A stretch of DNA of 64,000 bases from Lama glama (Eukaryota): NCBI GenBank assembly GCA_028534125.1, contig CM052825.1, forward strand, positions 24,800,001 through 24,864,000. The letters are read 5' to 3'. The translations under genes were made by a program, and so were the position numbers. A model generated the notes under the pieces. That model was not told where the DNA came from, searched no databases, and was given only the letters and a program-made list of their open reading frames with translations. Positions 13,201 through 25,200 of the stretch are shown in pieces (the first letter of the stretch is position 1; each line of letters begins with the position of its first letter).

Positions 13201-16200
13201 TGCGGGCTCAGAACTGCACAGTGACTGTGGGCGCGTCCAGCCCCGCCGGCCGCCTGGCCCAGAACCTGCCTGTGCAGGTCTTTGTCCTGGAGGTGCTGTG
13301 GATCGACCCTGTGTTCTGCATCCCCACCCAGCCCCACGCCCGGCTCACGGCCCATGTCACTGGGGACCCTGCTCACTACGTCTTTGACTGGACCTTTGGG
13401 GACGGCTCATCCAACACGACCGTCCAGGGGGACCCAACAGTGACTCACAACTTCACACGCAGTGGCACATTCCCCCTGGCGCTGGTCCTATCGAGCCACG
13501 TGAACAAGGCGCATTACTTCAGCAGTGTCTGTGTGGAGCCCGAGGTGGGCAACATCACCCTGTGGCCCGAGAGGCAGTTCGTGCAGCTCGGAGACGAGGC
13601 TGGGCTGGTGGCCCGTGCCTGGCCCCCATTCCCCTACCGGTACACCTGGGACTTCGGCACTAAGGATGCTGCCACCCGTGTCGGGGGCCCTGAGGCCACA
13701 TTTATGTACCGGGACTCGGGTTCCTACCTGGTGACAGTCACTGTGTCTAATAACATCTCGGCTGCCAATGACTCGGCGCTCGTGGAGGTGCAGGAGCCCG
13801 TGGAGCTCACAGGCATCAGGGTCAACGGCTCCCACGTGCTGGAGCTGCAGCAGCCCTACCTGTTCTCCGCTGAGGGCCGTGGACACCCCGCCACCTACCT
13901 TTGGGAGCTGGGGGACGGCGGGCAGTTCGAGGGCCCCACAGTCACCCACGCCTACAACTGCACGGGCTACTTCACTGTCAAGGTGGCCGGTTGGAATGAG
14001 GTGAGCCGGGGGGAGGCCTGGCTGAATGTCACGGTACAGCAGCGCGTGCGGGGACTCAGTGTCAATGCCAGCCGCACAGTGGTGCCCCTGAACGGCAGCG
14101 TGAGCTTCAGCACTGTGCTGGAGGCAGGCAGCAACGTGCACTACTCCTGGGTCCTCTGTGACCGCTGTACGCCCATCCCCGGGGGCCCCACCATCTCCTA
14201 CACCTTTCGCTCCATCGGCACCTTCAACATCATTGTCACGGCTGAGAACGAGGTGGGCACTGCCCAGGACAGCATCTTCATCTATGTCCTGCAGCACATC
14301 GAGGGGCTGCAGGTGGTGGGTGGCGGCAATAGCTGCTGCTTCCCCACCAACCGCACGCTGCAGCTGCAGGCTGCGGTCCGGGACGGCACCAACATCTCCT
14401 ACAGCTGGACTGCCCAGGGGGATGGCGGCCCAACCCTCACTGGCAGCGGCAAAGCCTTCTCACTCACTGTGCTTGAGGCTGGCACCTACCACATCCAGCT
14501 GCGGGCCACCAATATGCTGGGCAGTGCCTTGGCCAACCGCACTGTGGACTTTGTGGAACCTGTTGGGTGGCTGGCTGCGGCTGCCTCCCCAAACCCAGCT
14601 GCTGTCAACACAAGTGTCGCCCTCTGTGCTGAGCTGGCTGGTGGCAGTGGTGTCACTTACACCTGGTCTCTGGAGGAAGGGCTGAGCTGGGAGACCCCAG
14701 AGCCATCCACCACCCTCGCCTTTCCCACCCCCGGTCTGCACCTGGTCACAGTCATGGCCAAGAACCAGCTGGGCTCAGCCAATGCCACCATTGAAGTGGC
14801 CGTGCAGGTGCCTGTGAGTGGCCTCAGCATCAGGGCCGGTGAACTGGACTGCAGCTTTGTGGTAACCGGCTCCACCGTGCCCTTCTCAGGGCAGCTGGCC
14901 TCGGGCACCGATGTGAACTGGTCCTGGGCCATGCCGGGTGGCGACAGGCATGGCCAGCACGTCACCATGATCTTCCCTGACGCTGGCACCTTCTCCATTC
15001 AGCTCAATGCCTCCAACACGGTCAGCTGGATCATAGCCACACACAACCTCACGGTGGAGGAGCCAGTCATGGGCCTGGTGCTGTGGGCCAGCAGTAAGGT
15101 GGTAGAGCCTGGGCAGCTGATCCACTTTCAGATCCTGCTGGCCACCGGCTCGGCTGTCAGCTTCCACCTGCAGGTGGGCGTGGCTGGCCTCGAGGCACTT
15201 CCTGGGCCCCACTTCTCCCGAAGTTTCCCCCACGTCGGGGAATACACAGTGAGTGTCCAGGCCAAGAACCACGTGAGCCGGGCACAGGCGCAGGTGCGCA
15301 TCTCGGTGCTAGAGGCCGTGGCTGGGCTCCAGGTGCCCGACTGCTGTGAGCTGGCCATCGCCACGGGCGCTGAGAGGAACTTCACGGCCCGGGTGCAGCG
15401 GGGGACCCGAGTTGCCTATGCGTGGTACTTCTCCTTACAGAAGGTCCAAGGGGACTCACTGGTCATCCTGTCGGGCCGTGATGTCACCTACACCCCAGTG
15501 GCTGCAGGGCTGCTGGAGATACACGTGCGAGCTTTCAACGAGCTGGGTGGCGTGAACCGCACACTCATGGTTGAGGTCCAGGATGTCATCCAGCACGTGG
15601 CGCTGCGCAGCAGCCGCTGCTTCACCAACCGCTCGGCCCGCTTCGAGGCTGCCACCAGCCCCAGCCCCCGGCGCGTGGCCTACCACTGGGATTTCGGCGA
15701 CGGGACCCTGGTTGAGGACACAGAGGTACCTTGGGCTGCCCACTCCTACCTGCAGCCTGGGGACTACCATGTAGAGGTGAATGCCTCCAACCTGGTGAGC
15801 TTCTTCGTGGCACAGGCCACAGTCACTGTCCACGTGTTGGCCTGTAGGGAGCCCGAGGTGGACATGGCCCTGCCCCCGCAGGTGCTGATGCGACGTTCCC
15901 AGCGCAACTACCTGGAGGCTCATGTTGACCTGCGTAACTGTGTCACCTACCAGACTGAATACCGCTGGGAGGTGTACCGTGCCACTAGCTGCCAGCGATC
16001 TGGGCGCATGACCCATGTGACTCTGCCTGGCGTGGATGTGAGCCGGCCTCAGCTGGTGGTACCACGGCTGGCACTTCCCGTGGGCCACTACTGTTTCGTG
16101 TTTATGGTGTCATTTGGGGACACACCCCTTGCACGGAGCATCCAGGCCAATGTGACCGTGGCCCCTGAGCGCCTGGTGCCCATTGTTGAGGGTGGCTCCT

Positions 16201-19200
16201 ACAGAGTGTGGTCAGACACTCAAGACCTGGTGCTGAATGGCAGCAAGTCCTATGACCCCAACCTGGAGGATGGTGACCAGACGCCGCTCAGCTTCCACTG
16301 GGCCTGTGTGGCCTCGACACAGGTCAGTCACATGGTGGACCAAGGCTGGCTGCCCTCCTGGTCCGCCTTCAGTCATTTGTGTGAATGAGCTTGGCAGTCT
16401 CTTTGGTCTGCTTGACGTCTTAGTGGTCAGCTTGATCCCAGCAAGGGGGAGGGTCTTCCCAGCTTTCCCCTGGGCCAGTCTCCACTGGGAGGCTGGTCTA
16501 GAGTCTCACCTCCCACCCCCATTATGGGCTACAGAGTGAAACTGGCGGGTGTGTACTGAACTTCGGGCCCCGTGGGAGCAGCGTGGTCACCATCCCGCGG
16601 GAGCGCCTGCAGGCTGGCGTAGAGTACACGTTCAACCTGACTGTGTGGAAAGCCGGCCGGAAGGAGGAGGCCACCAACCAGACGGTGGGTGCTGCCCCAG
16701 CCAAGCCCTTGGCAGAGCCTCAGGCCTTCTGGGGTGGGGGCGCTGCCCCAGAGTTCTGAGTGCACAGGACCCCTGCCTACATATGGCAATGAGCACCCAT
16801 TTTTAAAGTTTTCTATGTTTTAGTGCTTCCAGGTGTTACTCACTTTAAATTATTACAACTTTTGACATAAAGTCTACTTAACAAGATGTTTCTCTGGCAT
16901 TGCTTCTGAAAGGACCACAGCTGCACTCGAGCCAAGAAGCACAGTACAGGTTCTAGTGGTTTGTGAGAAATACCCTGTCCGCATGACACTGAAGGCTGAC
17001 AATGAGGAGACACGTCCCCTCCCCAGAGCACGGTGTCCCTTCTGTGAACCCTGTGTGGGTATACACTCTCACTCTCTCCCCTGACTGGCCTGGCAGTTCA
17101 GGACCTCGTGCACTTGACCCCATGGCACCACTCCTGCTGCTGTGATGGGAGCGGATGTGCCAGGCCCTGCTGGTGTTCGGAATGGGGTGTCTGTCCCAAG
17201 CACCAGGCGTCTCCCAGCTAGCTTACCCCGGGAGGGTCCTGCTCAGAGGAGCCGTTGGGAGCTGCCTGACGTGAGCCCTACCCCAGTGCAGAGCAGCAGG
17301 AACCTCGGACAGAGCTGTGTAGAGCAGTGTCCGTGTTCCCAGAGCCATGGTCATTCATCTATCCAGGCATAGGTGAGCACCTGTCGGGTGCCTCCTGTGT
17401 ACCAGGCCCAAGCTGGGCCCTGGATGCTGCAGAAAATGAGCCCTTTGTGGTCTCTGCTCCTTTAAATGATCCTCCCCCCAAGAATGGGAGACATAAAACC
17501 ACACAAATATACTGGGTAAATGTTGAGCGCATGGTCCTTGGGAACCTGGGCTGCGGGCTGGTTTAGGAGTTGGCCGGGCCTGCGAGGAGCTTTTGCAGTT
17601 GTGGCAGCAGTATATGTGGAGAGCAGAGGCCCCACTCTTCCATGGATCCCACTGCCTCCCCACTGCACTAGCAGACTCAATGGTCGGCCTCAGGAGCAGA
17701 ACCCCTGTGTGGGGGTCCTGGCCATGGTGGGCATGGCTTCCCTTTAATCCCACCTGATCCCCAGGTGCTGATCCGGAGTGGCCGGGTGCCCATTGTGTCT
17801 TTGGAGTGCGTGTCCTGCAAGGCGCAGGCCGTGTATGCTGTGAGCCGCAGCTCCTACGTGTACCTGGAGGGTCGCTGTGACAGCTGCAGCGGGGGCTCCA
17901 CACGAGGGGTGAGCGGGCGAGGCCCAGGTTGGGGGACCAAAGGTGGGGGTCCTGGGGAGGACCCACTCCTGAGTACCTGTGGTCCACGTGCCCCCTCAGC
18001 GCTGGGCGGCACGCACCTTTAGCAACGAGACGCTGGTGCTGGATGAAACGACCACGTCCACGGGCAGCACGGGCATGCGGCTAGTGGTGCGGCGTGGCGT
18101 GCTGCGGGACGGTGAGGGCTACACGTTCACACTCACAGTGCTGGGCCGCTCCGGCGAGGAGCAGGGCTGCGCCTCCATCAGCCTCTCCCCCAACCGCCCT
18201 CCACTGGGGGGCTCCTGCCGCCTCTTCCCCCTCGAGGCTGTGCATGCTCTCATCACCAAGGTGCACTTCGAGTGTGTAGGTGAGTATGGCTGCAGGGCGC
18301 CGGTGATATGGGGACACATGGAGACCCTGGTGACGCTCTGGGGGCCCACAGGTTGGCAGGACGCGGAAGACGCAGGTGCTCCCCTGGTGTATGCCCTGCT
18401 GCTGCGGCGTTGTCGCCAAGGCCACTGCGAAGAGTTCCGTGTCTACAAGGGCAGCCTTTCCACCTACGGGGCTGTGCTGCCGCCCGGCTTTGCACCTCGC
18501 TTTGTGGTAGGCCTGGCTGTGGTTGTGCAGGACCAGCTGGGTGCAGCTGTGGTTGCACTCAACAAGTAAGCCTGGCCGGTGGGGGCAGGGCCTGGCTGGG
18601 GCTGGGAGAAGGGACTGCCACCTAGTCACACATGGCCTCTGCCCATAGCTCTCTGGCCATCACTCTGCCAGAGCCCCCCAGAGACCCTGCCGACAGCCCG
18701 CTGGACCTCACGCTCTGGCTGTACAGCCTCACAGAGAGCATGCTGCCTGGGCTGCTGAGACAGGCCGACCCCCAGCATGTCATCGAGTACTCACTGGCCC
18801 TCATCACCGTGCTCAACGAGGTCAGTGCAGGCTGAGGAGCCCCTCCTGGAGCCTGCCCTCAGTGTCGGGGGCCCAGACCAGCACTCCTGACCGGGTCCTT
18901 GGAAAGGGCTTGTCCCTTGGCTCCTTGAAACTACTCCTGCTCTCAGCGGCACCGACTCTCTGGGCCCTCCCCAGCACTGGGCTCTCCCCGCCTCTCCTCT
19001 CCTGTGCCCCTAGCAGGGGGTCCTGGGAAAGCCCCCTTTTGCCCTCCAAACAAGGCTCGAGTTGCTGCTGGTGTGATGCAGCAGCTGAGATGGCCTGCCC
19101 TGTGGCTACCTGTGCTGCTGGTGGGGCTGCCTGTCTCCCACTGACAGCTCCCTATGCCCACAGTACGAACATACTCTGGCCATGGTGGCAGAGCCGGACC

Positions 19201-22200
19201 TCAAGCAGCAGCTGCGTGCCCAGATACGCAAGAACATCACGGAGACACTGGTCTCCCTGCGGGTCAACACCGTGGATGACATTCAGCAGGTTGCAGCTGC
19301 GCTGGCCCAGTGCACGGTAGGACAGGCTCCAGGCCCCGTGGCAGCCCTGGGCCAACCCACCCTGTTGCTCCCAGAGCTCCTTTCCAGCCGAGTCTCCTGG
19401 CCACGAGCTTGTCCTCGGCCCTCCCAGCTCGAGCCACAGGCCTGCAGGGATCCTGGGCACAAGGAGCAGCCTGGGTGTAGGGAAGGCTGATATGAAGGGG
19501 CCATTCTGTGCCTTCCCCCTCGGGCCTATCCAGCCCTGAGAGGCCACCCGCCACCCTCACCAGGGACTCAGGCACTGGGCTGGGCTTGGTCTTGATGGAG
19601 GGCACTGTGTCCAGGGTGGCAGGGGATTGCTGCCGAGGCCTCAGTGAAAGAGAAGGGAGTGGAGAACTTTCTGGGTGTGGGTTGCCCTGTCTGCCACATG
19701 GCTCCCGAGGCTGTGTACGTGTCCGGGGTTGGCCAGTGGGGCCACATTACCTCAGACTCTGCCCACATGTGAGGAAGAGCCACGGATGGTCTCCAAGCAG
19801 GGTAGAGCCATATTTGGTGCGGTTTCTCTAACTGCAACTTGAAGGGTGGTTTAGGGAGGCCCAGCGGAGGGGGAAGGCCACTGTTAACAGAGGCTGCCCC
19901 AGAAACATGGTGAGTGTGGTGGAGCCGAGCTGGGTCGAGGGGCAGATGCAGGCAGAACTGCCCCTGAGTGGCCCCCTGCCCAGCCCTGGGCAGCTGGCTG
20001 GGGAGGGGCTGGACGTGGCGCTGGGCGCTCTGCAGGTGTCCAGCAGGGGGCTGTTGTGTCGCTCGTGCCTGAAGAAGACGTTGCATAAGCTGGAGGGCAT
20101 GATGCGTATCCTTCAGGCGGAGACTGCCGCGGGCACTGGGACACCCACTGCCATTGCCGACAGCATCCTCAACATCACAGGTGTGGACGACTAGTGCTCC
20201 CCAGATTCCCCACTTCCTGTCTCCCCCGCCTCTCCCTCAGACCTTCCCCCAACCTCTCCCAGACCTCTCCCTCCCTTCTCTTCCCTTCCCTGACCTCTCT
20301 CCCACCTCTCCCTGCAGATCTTTTCCTCCCAACCCCTCCTCCTACCTCTTCCCCACCCCTGATCTCTCCCACTGGACCTCTCTCCTCAACCTTTCCCTCT
20401 TCTCTCCCAACTGCCCCCCGACCTCTCCCCCTAACCCGATCTCTCCCCCAACCCCGATCTCTCCCCCCATCTCTCTCCTTAATCTCTCCGCATCCACAGG
20501 CGACCTCATCCACCTGGCCAGCTCAGACATGCAGGGCCCGCAGCCGTCAGAGCTGGGGGCTGAGCTGCCATCACTGATGGTGGCATCCAGGGCCTACCAC
20601 CTCTCGTCAGCCCTCATGTGCATCCTCATGCGCTCCCGTGTGCTCAACGAGGAGCCCCTGACCCTGGCGGGTGAGGAGATTGTGGCGCAGGGCAAGCGCT
20701 CGGACCCGCTGAGCCTGCTGTGTCAGGGCAACGCCTCGGTCCCTGGCTGCCACTTTTCCATCCCCACGGCCTTCAGTGGGGCCCTGTCTAACCTCAGTGA
20801 CGTGGTGCAGCTTATCTTCCTTGTCGACTCCAATCCCTTTCCCTTTGGCTACATCAGCAACTACACCGTCTCCACCAAGGTGGCATCCATGGCCTTCCAG
20901 ACACAGGCTGGTGCCCAGATCCCTATCAGGCAGCTAGCCTCAGAGCGTGCCATCACGGTGAAGGTGCCCAACAACTCAGACCAGGCTGCCCACGGCCACC
21001 ACCTCCCTGCCGGCTCTGCCGTCATCCAGCCCCAGGCCTCGGTCAGCGTTGTGGTCACCCCTGAGAACAGCAACCCGGAGGCTGGACTGCACCTGCAGCT
21101 CACCTACACGGTGCTCAACGGTGGGTTTTGTGGGCGGGGCACTCAGTGGGCCACCTCCTCCCCCTACCCCTGGCCCTGCCTGTGTGGGGGTGGTGAGGGA
21201 TGGTCTGGGTGAACAACATTTCTTCTGGGACTTGGGAAAGTCAGTCTCCTGCTTAACAGGGTCCTGGGGGCCTGGCTGGAAGGCAGTGGGGGAACCAGGG
21301 AGGCTCACCCAGCCCCCCAGCCTGTGCAGTGTGAGGCTTAGGAAGGCTCACAGGTTTCTCTCGGGCTGTGTGAGCTGCCCAGGGTTGGGGGGTCCAACTC
21401 TGCACGTGCCCCTCACAGAGCTCTACCTGCCCGAGGAGCCCGAGCCCTTCCTGGCTGTCTACTTGCACTCAGTGCCCCATCCCAATGAGCACAACTGCTC
21501 AGCCAGCAGGAGGATCAGCCCAGAGGCCCTGGCCGGGGACGACCACAGGCCCTACACCCTCTTCATCGCCCCCGGGTGAGTGCGTCCCTGCCCTGGGGGG
21601 CATCCCTAGAGGACCTGGGGGGGCTGGTCTCTAAGAGGGTGGCTGTGATCAGATCCCTATGTGTCGAGGCCGGTGGCCTCCCCGTGGGGGCAGACCTGGC
21701 CAGGTCTGGCCGTAACACCCCTCCCCTCTTCCAGGACAGGAGACCTGGGCAGGAGCTACTACCTGAACCTGACCAGCCACTTCCGTTGGTCAGCACTGGA
21801 GGTGTCTGTGAGTCTCTACACGTCCCTCTGCCAGTACTTCAGTGAGGAGGAGATGGCGTGGCGGACAGAAGGGCTGGTGCCCCTGGAGGAGACCTCACCC
21901 AGCCAGGCTGTCTGCCTCACCCGCCACCTCACCGCCTTTGGCGCCAGCCTCTTTGTGCCCCCCAGCCACGTCCACTTCATCTTCCCTGTGAGTGGTGGGA
22001 AGCCCTGGCTCTGCCCTGAGCAGGTGAGGTGTGGCCTGTGCCTCCTGGGCCTCCCTGATGACTTTGTCTCCCCAGGAGCCGACCTCTGGCATGAATTACA
22101 TTGTTCTGCTGACATGTACAGTATGCCTGGTAACCTACACGGTCATGGCTGGGATTCTGCGTAAGCTGGACCAGCTAGACGTCCGCCGGGTCCGCGTCAT

Positions 22201-25200
22201 CCCTTTCTGTGGGAAGGGGGGCCGCTTCAAGTATGAGATCCTGGTCAAGACTGGTTGGGGCCGGGGCTCAGGTGAGGGGAGCCACCTTCCTAACAGGGAC
22301 TCTCACAGATGGAGGGCACCAGGTTTCCCACGGCTGTGTAAGGTTGGGGCTCGGTAGTCCACACAGCATTACTGTTTTTCATTTCTCTGCTTTCCTGTTG
22401 GTCTCCCAACCCCCTCTCTTGATGATGACACGTTTTTGTAAAATGTTGGTTTATCACTGGAGACAAGGAGGCGATACCCCTACACGCTTGATGGTCTGTG
22501 TGGGGACTGATAGTTCCATGGCGACTGGTCACCAGCAGACTTTTGAAGGGGTGACAGCATTGGTCACCACTTAGGATGTGCATCTCTTATTTACTTAGCA
22601 GACCGAAGGGCTGGCAGCTGTGTTGATGTTTCAGGCAGTTACTCGCAGTTAACGAATCATAATAACTGGCATTTGAATCATGTCATTGGGAGCTGTTGTT
22701 ACAACAGTTTGAGGCAACTGATACGGGTCTGTATAGGACTTCTTGTGCTTGTGAAGGATGCTGACAGAGCAGGCTTTCGGGGTCACGTATCTGCTGGGCA
22801 GTGCACCCAGAGACCTGCCTGCTCTCCTTCCATCCTCCAGGTACCACAGCGCATGTGGGCATCATGCTGTACGGGGCAGACAGTCGGAGTGGCCACCGGC
22901 ACCTGGACGGGGACAGAGCCTTCCACCGCAACAGCCTGGACATCTTCCAGATCGCCACCCCGCACAGCCTGGGCAGTGTGTGGAAGATCCGCGTGTGGCA
23001 TGACAACAAAGGTCTGTGCAGCACCAGCTGCTGCTCCTCAGGCCACTGGCCCTGGCGCCCTGACCCGGCCCCACCCCCTCAGCGGCTCCACCCCCTGACC
23101 CAGCCCTGGCCCCTCTGCAGGACTCAGCCCCGCCTGGTTCCTGCAGCACGTCATCGTCAGGGACCTGCAGAATGCCCGCAGCACCTTCTTCCTGGTTAAC
23201 GACTGGCTGTCGGTGGAGACTGAGGCCAACGGGGGCCTGGTGGAGAAGGAGGTGCTGGCAGCAAGTAAGGCCTCATCCTGACTAGGCAGCTGAGGGCAGC
23301 CTTGCCCTTGGACCTCCTGCAGCTGTCCTGTGCCCTTTCCCAGGCGACGCGACCCTGCGGAGATTCCGGCGGCTCCTCGTGGCTGAGCTGCAGCGCGGCT
23401 TCTTTGACAAGCACATTTGGCTTTCAATATGGGACCGGCCACCTCGGAGCCGCTTCACTCGTGTCCAGAGGGCTACATGCTGTGTCCTCCTCATCTGCCT
23501 CTTTCTGGGTGCCAATGCTGTGTGGTATGGCGTTGTGGGAGATGCTGCCTACAGGTGGGCGCCTGTGGGGGTCAGGACAGATTCCCTCTGTGCAACCCTT
23601 CCTGCCCCTCCCCGCCTCTCCCAGCCTGCTCTCTCTCCTCTCTGGCTACAGCCTGGGGCCTGTGTCCAATCTGATCCCTCTGAGCTTCGATACAGTCGCT
23701 GTTGGCCTGGTGTCCAGTGTGGTTGTCTACCCCGTCTACTTGGCCATCCTGTTCCTCTTCCGGATGTCCCGGAGCAAGGTAGGTGGGGCTGGGGCCCCGG
23801 AGCTCATGGAGCATGGGCACCGCTGCCCCCGCCAAGGGCTGTGCTGTCCAGTACGGCAGCCAGAGAGGGATGGTCACTGAGGTCAACCACACAGACTGGC
23901 TATACTGAACCAGGGAAAGAGAAATGCAGAGTCGAAATCAGGAATGAACGGGGGATATCCCTACTGACCTCACAGACAGGCCTGGCCAGGTAAGGTGACT
24001 TAGGAGACACAGACAAGTTCCTAGAAAGACAAACTACGAAAACCTACACGTGAAGGAATAGGAAGTCTGAGCAGACCTGTAGCAAGTAAAGAAGTTGAAT
24101 CGGTAATTTAAAACCTCCCACAAAGAAAAGACCATATGGCCTCACTGGTGATTGTACTAAGCAGTTATGGAAGAATCAACACCGATTCTTCACAAACTCA
24201 AAAAACCTAAGAGGGAGCATTTCCTAAAATATCCCACGATGCCAAAAGCCGACAAAGATGTGACAAGAAAAAGAAACTGCAGATTACCATCCCTTAGGGA
24301 CCTACAGGCAAAAATCCTCAACAAAATAGCAACAAATCAAGTCCACCCTCGTGAGAAAGGATCTCGCACCACGACCAAGTGGCATTTTCCCCAGGAACCC
24401 AGTACAGTCATCTTTAGCTACATGTGGCTGTTTACATTTAAGTTAATTAAAATGAGATTAAATTAAAACTTCAGTCTCTTTGTTACGCCAGCCACATTTC
24501 AGGTGCTCTGTAGCAGCACGTGGCTAGTGGTCACTGTGCTGGACAGTGTAGATGTAGAATGTGTGCCTTATTCTAGAACCTTTACCAGGACAGCAGTGCT
24601 CCAGACTGCCCACTCAGGAGGGAGCATGCCTCCTGTGCAGAGGCCTAAGCTGCCTCCCACCGGCTTCTCCCCACAGGTGGCTGGGGGTCTGAGCTCCACC
24701 CCCGTGGGGCCACAGGCACTGGATGTGGACAGCTGCCTGGACTCGTCTGTGCTGGACAGCTCCGTCGTTGCATTCCCAGGACTCCGTGCAGAGGTGAGGG
24801 CTCCACCAGGGTCCGCCTGGGTAGGGGCTGCTTTCTGGGCAGCCCGGGGTCAGACTGTCTCTGTGCTTCTCAACAGGCCTTTGCTGGACAAGTGAAACAG
24901 GACTTATTTCTGGAGGATTCTAAAAGGTGGGGGTCCCTAGGGAAAATGTTTCTCATGTAGGTTAGCTGCACCTCACATGTGCCCTGTCGTGTGTCCTCAT
25001 CCAGTGTTGCTGGCTGTGTGTTGTGTACCTGGCCCAGGAGTGTGTGCATTTAGCAGCCTTGCATGTCCATCTGGGCCTAGACTTGGGTTGGGTGTCTGCG
25101 CACACAGTTCCCCTGGGCTCCTCTCTCTCTGACCTGTCACCTGCAGCCTGGTGTGCTGGCCATCCAGCGAAGGCACGCTCAGTTGGCCAGACTTGCTGAG

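Noticed and set aside
12584-16088. Long antisense ORFs opposite exon 15 (e.g. 12612..13376, 13488..14297, 15456..16088)
   Set aside because: Shadow ORFs expected opposite GC-rich coding sequence; no recognisable domains.
20154-20499. Pro/Ser/Leu-rich N-terminal extension of ORF 20154..21212
   Set aside because: Translation of the pyrimidine tract. Intron 22 is 319 nt (not 3n) and the exon 22 frame stops at once in the intron.
24167-24466. 99-aa Lys-rich ORF
   Set aside because: Decayed L1 ORF2 remnant running into a MER3-like element.
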